Source of the DNA: Ministeria vibrans ATCC 50519
Lineage: Eukaryota > Protista > Filasterea
Length of the DNA stretch: 37,543 nt
Direction: 5' to 3'
Assembly (NCBI GenBank): GCA_943704425.1
Contig: CALSCP010002263.1
Location: 1 to 37,543, forward strand
The position numbers and the translations under genes were made by a program. The notes under the pieces were generated by a model. That model was given only the letters and a program-made list of their open reading frames with translations. It did not search any database and was not told the origin of the DNA. How positions within the stretch are numbered: the stretch's first letter is position 1; every line of letters starts with the position of its first letter. Below, one piece after another: positions 22,713-35,900 of the stretch.

Positions 22713-25700
22713 TATCATTATCATCACTACTGTCGCTCAGCGATGGTCGGAATCCCGCTCCAGGCGACGGAGGCTCAAACATCGTCGCATCGTTTGTCGC
22801 GACCGGTTGTGCAGGGAGCTGACGACGCTGTCCGCCACTGCTGCCACCACTCTTTTTGCGACTCACACTTGTCACCGTCACGGAGGTGGTGGAGGTGGTG
22901 GCGTCGTTTCGAATCGCATAGCCAACCATCTGTCCGGTCTGGGGATCTTCGACGGGTTCCGCCAGGGGTGTCACAGAGCCACGGCCATCTTCCATCTCGA
23001 CGGCCAAACTGGGGCTGCGTTCCAGCACCACCAGACTCCCTCCACTCGCACCACGACTGCCCACGCTTGTTGTGGCAACGGAAGACTCTTCCATCTCGAC
23101 GGGTGTGTCGTTCATGGCCTCCATGCGTGCACGCAATGATTCACGCTCTTTGCGCTCTCCTTCCAGACGCAGTCGTGTCTTCACTGCCAGCTCCTTGGCT
23201 TCCGTCGCACCCACATCGGCCCCCATGACGCCAGGCTCAAGCTCAAGAAAGCCATGCTCTTCGTCGATGGCATACGAACCAGGACGCAGCTTGGCTGCCA
23301 GTGCCTTCGCCCCTGGTCGTGCCTGGGGTGCGGCAAAGGGTGGAAGGATAGTGGGACTTGGGCTGCCAACGCTTGGCGGTGGCAACGGTGGTGGTCCCGC
23401 TGGGGGTGGTCCCACGGGCAATGCAGGCGACTCGGTGTTGGCAACGGGCGTCTTGGACGGTGGCAACGGAGGTGAAATTTCGGAAATTTGGTGGTGAATC
23501 ACGGATGCACGGCGTGGCTGTGCCGCCGCCAACACGTCAGAAGCATTGTCGTCGTCGTTGTCGTCGTCGTTGTCGTCGTCGTCGTCGTCGTCATTGTCCG
23601 CAGATGAGTTCAAATCATCGTCGTCGGTTGTCAGGTCGTCGTCTATGGAATCATCGTCTTCTGTCGTCGTCGCATCATCACCATCTTCTCCTTCTTCTTC
23701 TCTTTCTTCTTCGTTTCCTTCTCCTTCTTCTCCTTTTTCTTCGCCACCATTCTTGTCGTTCTCCTTTTCCTGCACAACTGGTGTCTCCACTTGCTCTTCG
23801 TCCTCCTCAACCAACACGTCGAGTCCGTCAGTACCAAAGGGACCCGCCAACGGCATTGAGCGTTCTGGTAACAGCTCACTGGCCCCCGACCGTTGCATGA
23901 GCACTTCAAAACGCATCGACAAGACGGCCGCCGGATAGGCCGCATTCTCGTCGTCAAACAGAAATGCCTCGTCCAGTTGCGCTGCCATGGCCACCAGTCG
24001 CTCAATGTCCGGCTTCTTCTCGGCAATCTCGGTGGCGTTGGGTGCCCCCACATCCTCGCAGGCAAGCAGCCACGCACCAAAGGCGTCCGACCGCGCCACG
24101 TACTCCTCCAGTAGCCGGGCGTCGCTGGAGCACTGCGCTCGGCCATCCCGCAGCTGCTCTTGTCGGTAGCGCAACAGGGCAGTCGCCTCCTCGACTCGCT
24201 CGCGCAACGACTCGCTTTGCACCGTCTGGTCTGAATTTGCAATGGAAACACTCAGCTCACGCAATGCCTCGACATGCTCGCTCATGTCACCACCGTCGGA
24301 GGCGCGCTCCAGGTGTGCTTCGATGACGGTCGCCAAACGTTCGTAGTCTTCGTCGTTCTCGCACGCACACGCATCGGCACAGTCATCCTCAACACTCTCC
24401 AGCCAGCGAGTCACCTCTCCCTGGTGCTCGTCAAACTTGGCCATGTGAACCTCGGTGGTGGCATACGACGCGAGACACTTGTCCAACTGACGACCCCGTT
24501 CGCCGGCCGAGCGCACCAGCGACTCGTAGCGTGCCAGTAGCACCTGAAAGCGCACCGGCAACTCTTTGTCATCATCGTCGGCGGCGACCGCGCGCGCAAT
24601 GCTCGCCTGCAGCGACTCCACCTTGACACGGTGCGCCTCAACGGTACTCTCCAGCTCCGTGTGCACACCAATAAGCGCGCGTGTCTCCTCGGGCGTACTG
24701 CCCACCGATCCGGTGGTCTGACGCAACATGAGCATGATGAAGCGGTCGAGTCCGTCCATTTCGCGCTGCAACGCGTGCAACAACAACTGTTGCTCGAGAC
24801 ACCGCTGACGCCCACGCATCGCCTCCTCGAGCTTGACAAATTGCGCCTGGGCTGTCTCCATGCGCGCATGCACACGCGTGCTCACTTCTGCGTCCCGCTC
24901 CACAAGAACCGTGCCGGCCGCAATCGACACCTCTATGCGCGAGTGATGTGCTTCCATTTCGGCGGTGAGCGCGGCATGCGAGGCGACGAGCAGTCGTGTC
25001 GCGGCCAGGTTGCTACCCACGTCAGCGGCCGTCGCCCGCTCGAGTGTCTGTTGCACCCACTCCTCTTCGACATGGAGTCGCTCCGACCAGCGCAAGTACT
25101 CCACCTGGCTCATGAGCACCTTGCGACGATGCTCCACCAGGGTCGTCAGATCGACACCGCGCTGGCGCAACGTCGTCGATGGATTGTCGCCTGCCGACGT
25201 AATACTCTCGGAACGTTCGCGAATCACCGTCACGGTGCTGGGGCCGTTGGTGGTGGCCGAGGGGCTGGCGACCGGCGTAGCTTCAAGCGCCGCGTCGCCC
25301 ACGGACAACTCGGAGACGCGCCGGTGAGAGAGACGCGACACGGCAAGCAAGTCGGACGCTTCAATCACGGAGGCACGTCGTACCACCGACTGCACCGAGC
25401 CTTGCAGCGTCTCGACGCTGGCCGCCAGCAAATCGTGCCGTTTGGTCGCCACCTCGAGAGTGCGCAAGTCGGCGGCGCCATAGTCGTCGTTTGCGAGCGC
25501 CCCATGTTCGGCAAGCAACACTTCCTCGCGTTGGCACTGGTCGCGCAGTGCCAACGCCTCGGTGTGTCGTCGCACCTGTGTCACACGCTGTTCGCACGCC
25601 TCGAACACCTCGTTGTGCAACTGTCGCAGCTGCTCGCCACGCGTGCCGTCGGTGCACGCCGATGCGGCTGCGTCTACGGCGGCACCACGCGAGGCGATGG

Positions 25701-28700
25701 CGTCGGCAAGCGACTCATGCTGCCGCAGCGACGCCTCTGTGACGGACGTTGCCATGGAGGGCTCGTCAACACGCAAGAGAGCGTGCACGTCGTTGAGCCA
25801 CACCTCGAGTTGCGCGCACTTGTTGTCGGCGGGCAATGCAGCGTTGACAAGCACGGCGGCGTCCGTGTCGACGACGGGCACGGTGGCCGCGAGCGTCGTC
25901 TCAAACATGCCTGTGCTCGCGTGGGTCAGGGCCGTGCCCGTCGTTGCGGTTGACGCATTGAGCACCAAGTCGCGTGTCTCTGACACGAGCGCCTGCAGTT
26001 GCGCGGAAGCGGCGTCGGTGCGCTCGCGCACCGCGCCATTGTCGGCGACGCCGGCAGCGGCAAGTTTGCGTGCGTGGGACTGCATTGTTTTGACGGGCGA
26101 CGGTCCCTCGAGGCGCTGGAGGAGTGCGTGCTGTCGGGTGCGCAGGTGAATTTCGCGAAAGGATCGGGTGCGCTTCGCCTGCGCCGCCTTGTCCATGAGC
26201 GCCGTCTTGTTGAACGACTCGGCACTGAGCAGCCGCGTCGTCTCCTCGAGCCAGGCGTCCGCGGCGAGCGCCACCTCGTAGAAGACGAGCAGGTTGCGGC
26301 GATCCAGCAGCGCCTGTCGTTGTTCGTCGTGCCGTGCTTGCACCAGGGTGAGACGGGTAAGAAGCGTGCCGCTCTGTTCCTTGATTTCGTCGCTTGCAAA
26401 GTGATCGAGGTCGGCAAGGTCGTGGGCAAAGGCGGTGAGGCGCTTCACCTTGGCCTGCACATCAGGAATGGATTGGCCATTGAGGGAGTCGAGCAGACGC
26501 AAGAGAGCCTCGCACTCCATGGTGGACGAGCAGTGAGCGGAGGCGTGGGCGACGGTGCGCGAAATCCACGCGAGGTCACGTTCGCACGCGTGCGCATCTC
26601 GATGAAAGTACATCAGGTCGAGAGTCTGATCGAGGCGCACGCGGCGCACCGACCACTCGCGCTGAAGGTTGTCGAGGTCGACGGCGACGGTGTCGAGATC
26701 GACACGGACCACGGCGGCGCTTGGATTTTGCTTGCGTTCCATTTCGATGCAGCGCTCCGACAGGTGGTCGTGTCGACGACGCTGCTCGGCCACGACCTCC
26801 TTGAGGGCACTGTGACGTGTCACGAGTGCCTCGGCCGTGCTCACGTCGTCGGGCACATTGGATTCGTCCATGTCGCAACGCAGGCGTTGAATGCGCACCT
26901 TCACCTCGGCGAGCTCGTCGCGCACGGCGAGAGCCTCCGCGGCACAGTCTAGCTGAATTTGGCGGGCGTCCGCCAACTGGCGTGCCTCGGTGAATGCATG
27001 GCGTGCCTCGGTGGCCAACGATCGAAAGAGAGGCGCGCGCGTGCGCATCGACTGTGCAAGCATATCGCTGCTGCGCTCGACCACGCGAAGACGCTCCTCG
27101 TAGCTGTGCTGCAAGACGTTGAGCTGGGCGGCGTGTGCCGCCTGTGTGCTTTGGATCTCGGCCTCGTCGACGCCGCAGTAGGCCATGCTAAAGTCGGAGG
27201 CCATCTCGTTGAGTTGCGACACGAGTTGTGACGTGTTCGTCTCGAAGGTGCGAGCCTCCTGTTCGAGCGACATTTCCGCCTCGAGTTGCGCGGCCGTCTT
27301 GGACGTGTCGAGTTGGAGAAGCAAGTCAAAGGCGTCGCGCTGCAGCTGTTGCAACAGCTGCGAGATGGGCGTCACGACGGAACTTTTGATGTTTGCCTTG
27401 GTAGCGCGCGCTACGAGTTGCAACACGCTCATTTCGTTGACGCTGAGGGCAGTGCGCAAAGTGAGCACACGTGCACGCAAACTGAGTGGGTCCACCTTGG
27501 TAGTAGCATTGGCATTGGCAGCAGCAGCAGCAGCAGTGGTGGTGGTGGTGGTGGTGGTGGTGGTGGTGGAGGCTTCGTGCGCAACGCCTTCAAGGAGGGC
27601 ACGTCGTTGTTGAAGCCAGATGCGCGTATCGGTGAGCTCGTCGACGAGAACGTGCTGCTCGAGCGAGTGCTCAAGGACGGCCCGACGGTCCTCGCACACG
27701 TCGAGCAGCTGTGTGTAGAACTCTTCGACCTTGTTGCGGTCGTCGCTGCCGCGCGGCAACAAAGCCAGCGATTCGGCGCACTCGTTGAGGCGTTTCTCGA
27801 CGACGCCAAGACGCTCGAGAAGGTAGGTGCACTCGTCGCGGTCGCGACCGGTACCGGTGGGTGCACACAAAAGCGCCTCTTGTTCGTTGAGAATGCAGGT
27901 GAGCTCGGCGACGTGAGCCTTGGACGATGCCTTGGGCGGCAGTACGGGCGTGCCCAGGACAGCATCTAGATCCTCGTCGACGAGGGGCAGCGAAGTGGGA
28001 GTCGACGGCGACGGCAAGGACATGGAGGTGAGCGAATCGCGACGCAGACGCGACACGGTCGAGCGCACCGCCTGTTGCAGCGTTTCCGCTAGCGATTGTA
28101 CTCCATTGATGGCGCGTCGCCACGTCTCCTGGTACGCTGTTTCGCTGAAGGTGTCGCGTGTTTCGTTTCGGAGCTATAACAAGTGAAAAATACAAATAAA
28201 AAGAAAGAATTTTTTAATTTTTGGTGTGATATAATTTTGGTGCGATGATACGGGGAGTATGTGTAGTATAATAGTTGTAATTTGGTTTGGTTTGTCGTGA
28301 TTTGGTGTGGTTTTGATGTGATGTGGAGGTGTGTTGTAATTTGGTTTTGGTGTGATTTGGGTATAATTATTATTATGCGTTGTCATTCGTAAGTTGTTCG
28401 TATGAATTACATGTTATGTGATTTGCATGTGACTGGTCACGTTTGGTTTTGCAAAGTGTGATGTTGTAATTTGGTTTCGGTGTGATTTGGATATTATTAT
28501 GCGTTGTCATTCGTAAGTTGTTCGTATGAATTACATGTTATGTGATTTGCATGTGACTGGTCACGTTGTAAAATAATTTCCGTCTTCTTCAGTTTTGCCT
28601 GTTTTTATTAAGATTTCCTTACCGTTTTGATTTGTTCAATCTTGGCGTTGACAGAAGAGAGAGCACCGGCACAGGCACTTTGGGTGCCTTTGGAGATGGC

Positions 28701-30239
28701 GACGTGCTGGTCGGTGATCCATGCCTCGATGGCAGTACGTTGTTGGTTGAAGGCAAGGAAGCGCTGGGCAAGCTCACAGGCAGCGATGCGCTCGGCAGCA
28801 AGAGTACGCGTCGCAGCCAGCAGACGCGTCAGACCCGCCGTGCGTTGGTCCACTTCTTGTTCTTCAACAATCTCCAGGTCTTTGATTGAATCTGCTCGCT
28901 CCTTCAACAGGTCGAGGCGTTGCAAGAGTTCACCCGACAGGCGACCTAATAATAAAACAATATTAATATTATTAATAATTAGTGCTTTTCTTTAGGGATG
29001 CGCTTTACCGTTGACTTCGTTGATGCGCGCTCTGACTTCATCCACAAGCTTCGATTGATCCACCCAGGTAATGGTCGAGACTGAGAGGTCGAGTGTATCG
29101 TCCGTGTCACTGGAACATAGTATGGCAATAGAATTGCGTTTAATAATTGGAAAATGAATTATTCATGCTGGGGTGTTGTGGTTCTTACGCTGGGTCGAGT
29201 TGTTCGCGCTCAAGACGGACCGAGAGGGTTCGTAAACACTGATCAAGAGACTCGCAGTCGCGGTAGAACGATTGGAGCATTGACGAGTTGTCGATCTTAA
29301 AAAAAAAAGAACTTGTATCAATGGTGTGTGATGTGTGTAGAGGGGTGAGAAGTAATGTTTGTGACAGATTCAAAGTGAAGTAGAATAATTTATGATAGTG
29401 AGAGAGAGAAAAAGAAGAAGATGTGATGGTGGTGAGAGGGAAGTAAAGAAGAAGAAGAAAATGTGATGGTAGTGAGGGAGAAGTAGAATAAGTCATGGTA
29501 GTGAGAGAGAGAAGAAGAAGAAGATGTGTGTGATTGTGAATAAGTCATGGTGGTGAGAGTGAGAAGAAGAAGAAGATGTGATGGTGAATAAGTGTGAATA
29601 AGTTGGTGGTGAGAGTGAGAAGAGATCATGGAAGTGAGAGAAAACAAGAAGAATAAGTCATGGTGGTGAGAGAAAAGTAGAATCAGAGAGAAGTAGAATC
29701 AAACAAGAAACAAAATAATTATAATAATAAAAATAAATAACAGCTATGAATTATCTTTTACCCGCTCTCTAAAGGCATCCAGGTGAAGAAGACAGTTGGA
29801 CCAACGCGTGTCAATATCTTCGGCAAGCTCAGTGACGGCCGAAAACCCACCCACCGCCTCTCCCGCATCCTCGGTAATGTCATCGGCGAGAATCAGCACG
29901 GACTGCACCCAATCGTCGTGCGCCACAATCTCACGTCGCAGTGCCTCATACTTGGCTCGTGACGTCGCAATGCGCGCTGCAGAACTACCAATCTTCACTT
30001 CGCTCAGAGTCTTGTCAATGCTTAGAAGCCATTCGATGCGGACACGCGCACGCGCTTGGAATCGTTCAATCTAAAAAATCAGGGACCAAACGTTAAATGC
30101 AGAGACGTAAAAGCATATTCTTCAAACCTCAACTTCGGTGTGTCTCAACTTAAGCATGGCATCCCGTAGCTCCACATCTTTGTCTCTACGTCATAATACA
30201 CACCAAAAAAAAATACATATGAAGACATTCAAAAAAAAA

Positions 30240-30279
<40 letters not shown>

Positions 30280-30448
30280 GACTTGGTGAGTTCGCTTCTA
30301 ACCGTTCAGCTTCTTCAAAAGCTTCCCAGAGAGGCTCAACGTCGACTGAATCCTCCGCAGACAATGACAACTTGACACTAAACCACATGGGTTTGTACTC
30401 CTACGCCAAAAAGGTCAAGTGACAACGTACACAGAGAGAGCGAGAGAA

Positions 30449-30485
<37 letters not shown>

Positions 30486-30613
30486 AGGGTTTTAAAAAAA
30501 AAATCTCAACACCACTCGAAAACTACTCGACAATCAATCACTCGTCACCCTACCCGTGTAAATGTCTTCAACTGAGACGAGATCGAGCGAGCGCCCGCCA
30601 GTGTTTGAGGTAT
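21865..30613 (-). CDS. Beta-spectrin-like spectrin-repeat protein with a long acidic/Pro-rich disordered tail; 5' exons missing (gap)
   Basis: Exons 30613-30554, 30400-30303, 30185-30128, 30070-29762, 29295-29189, 29109-29009, 28945-28623, 28173-21865 are phase-consistent. W...EEAERDKDVELRDAM...ERFQARA..RIEWL resembles beta-spectrin repeats 1/2. There are many repeats of the type L..F.RD....E.W...G.....AEAL..RH. Confidence 0.85.
28332..28567. repeat. Intronic tandem duplication of ~110 bp (28332-28443 and 28462-28567)
   Basis: The block ATTATTATGCGTTGTCATTCGTAAG...GTGACTGGTCACGTT occurs twice. Confidence 0.92.
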
Positions 30614-30651
30614 CTAAAGTCGAGAACGAGACACAAGTGTCACAAAAAAAA

Positions 30652-31068
30652 NNNNNNNNNNNNNNNNNNNNNNNNNNNNNNNNNNNNNNNNNNNNNNNNN
30701 NNNNNNNNNNNNNNNNNNNNNNNNNNNNNNNNNNNNNNNNNNNNNNNNNNNNNNNNNNNNNNNNNNNNNNNNNNNNNNNNNNNNNNNNNNNNNNNNNNNN
30801 NNNNNNNNNNNNNNNNNNNNNNNNNNNNNNNNNNNNNNNNNNNNNNNNNNNNNNNNNNNNNNNNNNNNNNNNNNNNNNNNNNNNNNNNNNNNNNNNNNNN
30901 NNNNNNNNNNNNNNNNNNNNNNNNNNNNNNNNNNNNNNNNNNNNNNNNNNNNNNNNNNNNNNNNNNNNNNNNNNNNNNNNNNNNNNNNNNNNNNNNNNNN
31001 NNNNNNNNNNNNNNNNNNNNNNNNNNNNNNNNNNNNNNNNNNNNNNNNNNNNNNNNNNNNNNNNNNNN
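30652..31068. other. Assembly gap (N run)
   Basis: N characters. The gap hides the 3' half of the second tRNA copy and probably the spectrin 5' exons. Confidence 0.99.
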
Positions 31069-31120
31069 GCTGTTCACGAGAGCGGGAAGTTGCCCGCGGT
31101 TGCCGTTACACCACCGGGGA
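31069..31120 (-). tRNA. 5' half of a second copy of the D-loop-insertion tRNA-Glu gene, truncated by the gap
   Basis: Exact reverse complement of 35960-36011. The anticodon would lie inside the gap and is not seen. Confidence 0.8.
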
Positions 31121-31179
31121 GAATTTTCCATGTTGCGCTTTTGCCTTAGCTGATGCTTTGGCTACTGCACATGGCGAAA
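31121..31179 (-). ncRNA. Conserved hairpin leader upstream of tRNA copy 2
   Basis: Exact reverse complement of 35901-35959. TTATA on the minus strand at 31204-31208. Confidence 0.5.
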
Positions 31180-31276
31180 GATTGCCAAAATGTGCTATTG
31201 GTGTATAAAGTGAAGTGGGTTCGACGCACATGCATCGACAGTTACATGTTCGCTGCATTCAACACTGGAGTGCGAT

Positions 31277-31466
31277 GAGATCTTTCAGCTACAATGGTGC
31301 TTCTCAGGCACGCGCGTGTGTGTGCGAAAGTGAATAAATGCTTTTACTCGTTCGTTTTGGTTTTGATGAATATTTTTTTGTTTTACATGCATTCGACACG
31401 AGAATAGAATCAGATCTTTTTGTTACAATAATGCTCCTCAAGCACGCGCGCGCGTGTGTGTGTGTG

Positions 31467-31510
<44 letters not shown>

Positions 31511-31556
31511 AAAATGAAATTAAATTTTTACTCGTTTTTTGGTTTGATATAATATA
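31277..31556. repeat. Degenerate tandem duplication (~130 bp unit) with a (TG)n microsatellite
   Basis: AGATCTTT..TACAAT..TGCT.CTCA.GCACGCGCG(TG)n...TTTTACTCGTT..TTGGTTT occurs twice. Confidence 0.7.
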
Positions 31557-31760
31557 ATAATAAAATTAATATACAAAAGAAGAAGAAAACTCCATTGATT
31601 CATTTAATTGGCTCAAACTTGAAAAATAATAAAAAATAATAATTATAATACAATAGAGTAATACAATGCTTCCGCCACAGGCTAGCTCCAAGGAAGATGA
31701 AGCACCCATAGACCCGCAGATACGCTCTCGCAGCAACATATGGATAGCGATGATAATTAC

Positions 31761-34758
31761 TTATGGCGGTGGCAAGAGAGGCAAAGCCCAGTCCTGAAGA
31801 ATGCGAGCGGCATGTTCGGGCTGCTGAGCGGCGTGTGCCAGAAAAAAGGGGTGTTGTTGAAGCTGAGTGGGGTCTGGTCTTTGTGCGTGGTCCTTTTCCA
31901 GACTACAAAAAGAAAAGAAAAAAATAAGGGGGGGGGACTGAAGGGGCATTTATGCTTACCATTGGGCAACAAAGTCACACAAGAGGGGAGTAAAGTTGAA
32001 ACGTGCGGCAACTGTGTGCAGAGATGGTGGTGGATCGTTGACTAGTGTAGAATGCAAGAGAGATAGAGAGGAAAAAGGGAGAAAGAAACAAAGTGACAGG
32101 GAGACAGAGACAAAGACACACAGCGAGAAACAGAGACAGAGGCCACACAGACACACAAAAGGAGAGACAGAGAGACGAAAAGACGGAGAAAAGAGGGAGA
32201 AACAACAAAGTGATAGAGAGAGAGAAACAAAGCGAGTGTAAGAGATGTGAGTAAGCAAGTCAGTAAGTGAGAGGTCGCGCAGTGAGTGCGTACCAACCAT
32301 GGACATGAGTTCAAAGGGACCAGTTGCCTGGTAAGGAAAGCGGCCAGACGCCATCTCGACTACGGTCAGTCCCAGCGACCATACCTCGGAGCGCAGAGAG
32401 TACGGAAACGACGCGATTCGTTCGGGCTAAATGCAAAAAGACATAGATTGGCATGTGGACAAAACGGATTTTTTGGTCTAGTTCGTCGTTTGGGTAACAT
32501 ATTTTAAAGCCCCTTTGACAAATGTTGGAGTGTCTTATGACATATTTTAAAGCCCCAGTGACTAATTTTTGGGGTACAATCGACTTTCACAGTCCCATTG
32601 CCAAATGTTTAGTAGTCATTTGTCTTTCACAGTCCCATTGACCATAGGTTTGGGTGTTATGACATTTAAAGGTTCAATTGGTAAATTTAGTGTCATTAAT
32701 TGACATTAATTTTGTCAAGTGCGATTGATACCCTACTGTAATTGCGACGCACTACTATGCATTGCAAGATTCGTCGTGTCTCTCAAAGTGTCTCTTACTG
32801 CCATATACGCGTTTGTGCCCACAAATGAGACAGCAACTGACTTTTCCAGTTGAGCCGACACACCAAAATCACACAGTTTTATGGCTCCAGAACTATTCAC
32901 CAGAATATTTGACGGTTTCACATCTGAACAATTTGACCCATTAGAAGATGTGCGAACATGACTTTTTTTTTTTGTCTGACCGCGATGGAGGATCTTAAAG
33001 TGTTCGTAGAGAAAGAGAAGTCCCCGGACAACACTCACAACGATCGGCCCCAAAATAGGCTCTTCAATGTGTCCGTAATAGTGATACGCACTACAAAAAA
33101 AGGTCGCACACAAAAAAAAATACAATATTAATTTATTATAATTAATAATAATAATAATTATTATTATTATTATAATATTATTTTTATTATTTATATAATT
33201 ATTTTTATTATTATATTGACTAATCGCATATGCATAGTCTTCTCCTTTCTTCCCTCCATCACCCTCACGACCTTATCAAAGTAACTCTCCTTTCAATCAC
33301 TTTGCCTTCGTTCATCGTGTTATCACATCTGGCTATTTATCTCCGTATTCCGCCCCCCTGCCTCTCTCTCTCTATCACTTTGTTTCTCTCTCCTCTCCAT
33401 CTCTCCCTCCTCTCTCTCAGACTCTATCACTTTGTTTCTCATTCCCCCCTCTTTAACCTCTCTTATCACATTACCCATCAAGACTACCCGCATCCATGTA
33501 CTCCATGAAAAGACAGATGGCACCTGTGGGAAGGGCACATGCGCCGTAGTATTCAACTACAAAGGGACATTCGCTCACCCGCTTGAGCACCTCCAGCTCA
33601 AGTAGAATCTGACGAAGCACACTCCCTGGCTCGTGCACAGGAAACTCCTTCATGGCAACCGTCTGTTGTGACGGTGTGTGTTTCGCCCGAAACACAGTGC
33701 CTCCGCTCCCGTGTCCCAACAAATTTAACCTGGGCAACAACAAAAAAAAAAAAAAAAAAAAAAAAAAAGCACACGAAACACAAAACACAAAAGGGTTTGT
33801 TTGCGGGAAAGGGCAAAAGAGCAATACAATGGTAAAGGTCCGACGTACCGTTGAAAATCGCGAATGTCAACGGTAAACTCGCCCTTTAAAAGATTCATTA
33901 GTCGATCGACACTGTGCACTGTCTCACTCCTAAAAGACAAGGTTGAGAAAATGCAAAAGTAAACCGTTCGAGCAGGTGAACACAAGACAGCAACTAAAAA
34001 TGAAGGGGTACTCAACTTGAGCAAGAACATGCATTGAGGAGACAGACGAAAAAGGGTTGGTTTCAAAAAGAAAAAAGAAACAAAAGTACACATGAGATGT
34101 GCCAAATATCGCGAGAGAAATACACAAGTGAGAGAACGCGTAAATACAGCCGATAGATATAACAACAAACCAAATGAGTCGGGGGTGCAAAACACAAAAG
34201 TGCAAGCAACAGACCAAACATACAGCACAAGCAAGAGTGCAGACACAAATCACACCTGGCAATGCAAATGACAGGCTAAAAATATTTACCAAGCCAAATA
34301 ATGAAGAAACGGTGACAGAGATACAAACAGTGACAAGCAACACACCAAAACGTATGCAGATAAAAAAAAGTACAAGCAACAGGCCAATGAACAAGTACAA
34401 TCACGGACAGGTACAAAAAATGGACCAGTACGACCAGTACAAATGAACAAAGCAGTTCAAACTTCAAATGGACAAAACAGTTCAAATGGACAACACAGTT
34501 CAAATGAACAAAACAGTTCAAATGGACAAAAATAATAGTTCAAATGGACAGGTACAAAAAATGGACCAGTATGACCAGTACAAATGAACAAAGTCAAACT
34601 TCAAATGGACAACACAGTTCAAATGAACAAAACCGTTCAAATGGACAAAAATAATAGTTCAAATGAACAGGTACAAAAAATGGACAAGTACAAAGCAGTT
34701 CAAATGGACAAAACATTTCAAATGACAAGTGAGAGATCAAAAGAAGAAAACAAAAACA

Positions 34759-34793
<35 letters not shown>

Positions 34794-35343
34794 TTAAGCA
34801 ACGTACGGTTCCAGACTGGTGGGCTCGTTGCCCAGCGAGGCGCCTCCAAATAAATCCACTGTGAGTCCGAGTTCGTTCATCGACGGCACGTCAAACGGAC
34901 GCGGCTCAGGAATGATAAACAACTGGATGGCTGTGTTGCTTCCCGCTCCCTTCTACACAGCCACACATGGCATGGACCGTGTTACAGGCGGCACCACACC
35001 AATCGCATCGTACCAAGCGAAACATCTCAGCGACTTCTTGGTCGCTTTTCACCGAGACACGGTCGCCCTCGTCGTCTTCATCTACACAGAGAAGCATGAA
35101 ATCCGTCAACGCGGCCGACATTCCGCTTGTCTCTTGCGCACACTCAAACTGAACACCACCGCCAAAGGCTTGGCTGAGCGTGCCCTGTGGGAATCAGCCA
35201 AAAGTCCCAAAAACAAAAAAAGACGCGTCAGTGAGCGAGATTCAAAACAAGTGGCGCACCAAAATGTCCGCGTATGACATTTCCGTCGTTGCCATGACTA
35301 GGATTGGTTCAGCATCGTTGAGGCAACACTGTAACTCTATCAT
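31761..35343 (-). CDS. MAP2K5: MAP kinase kinase 5 (MEK5): PB1 domain + STE7 kinase, 11 exons
   Basis: Exons 35343-35260, 35184-35142, 35081-35014, 34952-34807, 33929-33849, 33729-33475, 33090-32981, 32923-32799, 32426-32294, 32041-31960, 31902-31761. PB1 OPCA motif [18 protein letters not shown]; LGHGSGGTV; [14 protein letters not shown]; [31 protein letters not shown] (GTNAYM as in MEK5). Confidence 0.92.
34375..34730. repeat. Intronic minisatellite (~18-bp unit GTTCAAATG(G/A)ACAA(A/C)ACA with higher-order blocks)
   Basis: Many copies of CAAATG(G/A)ACA. The block GGTACAAAAAATGGAC occurs three times. Confidence 0.92.
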
Positions 35344-35871
35344 TTTGAAATATTTTGATGATGGGTGATCGAATTATTCGAATTATTCGAAACTGACATG
35401 AAAAGAAAATCCGTCCCCAAATCAAAATATACCAAGGATCAAACGAAGATCAAACTCTCTCTCTCTTTCTCGTTTGGGATGCGGGTACAAGCTCACTACA
35501 CACTAGAATGGATGCACTTATTGCACCCAGCTTATTGCTTTTGTCCTAGCCAGTCAGAACCAACCACTTTCTCAGCATGTTTTAACTTTTGGAATGGGAT
35601 TGCTTTAAAATTGAAATGTCAACCCATAACTCAAACTCATTCAAGGAGAGAACAATCACTAGATAAGACGAGGGTCATCAACACATTTACGATAGCTGAG
35701 TAAAGCGTGTACTACGCGGACACTGAAAACGACTTGTCATCAGGCAAACCCGAAACCCGACGCCTCCTGCAAGAGTGACATTCTTTTACTATTGCCTCTC
35801 GCAGGTGCGCCAGTCATTGTATAGCCTCATGAGTGCCAGTTCGCAAACACCGTTGTATTCGAAAAAACAAA

Positions 35872-35876
35872 TTATA
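35872..35876 (+). promoter_or_regulatory. TATA-like element (TTATA) ~30 nt upstream of the conserved leader
   Basis: Kept at the same offset in the inverted copy (31204-31208) while the neighbouring bases differ. Confidence 0.45.
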
Positions 35877-35900
35877 GAGGAGTAGCACATTTTGGCCATT

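Noticed and set aside
22195-27969. Many long plus-strand ORFs (e.g. 24631-25953, 25999-26952)
   Set aside because: Antisense shadows of the GC-rich spectrin exon with no recognisable domains; the same applies to ORFs overlapping SPT5 and the WD40 exons.
34375-34730. Regularly spaced repeats as a possible CRISPR-like array
   Set aside because: There are no unique spacers; it is an intronic minisatellite with higher-order duplication.
1541-35343. Minor (U12) or non-canonical spliceosomal introns, or an alternative genetic code
   Set aside because: All introns I reconstructed are GT-AG without the GTATCCTT donor, and all genes translate with the standard code.
35368-35392. TCGAATTATTCGAATTATTCGAA upstream of MEK5 as a heat-shock element
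   Set aside because: The GAA/TTC spacing is 3 and 0 nt rather than the 2 nt of nGAAn arrays.
35882-35900. GTAGCACATTTTGGCC resembles the dinoflagellate spliced leader (CCGTAGCCATTTTGGCTCAAG)
   Set aside because: The match is short, no AAG|GT donor follows, and the second copy diverges here. The gene content is also not dinoflagellate-like.
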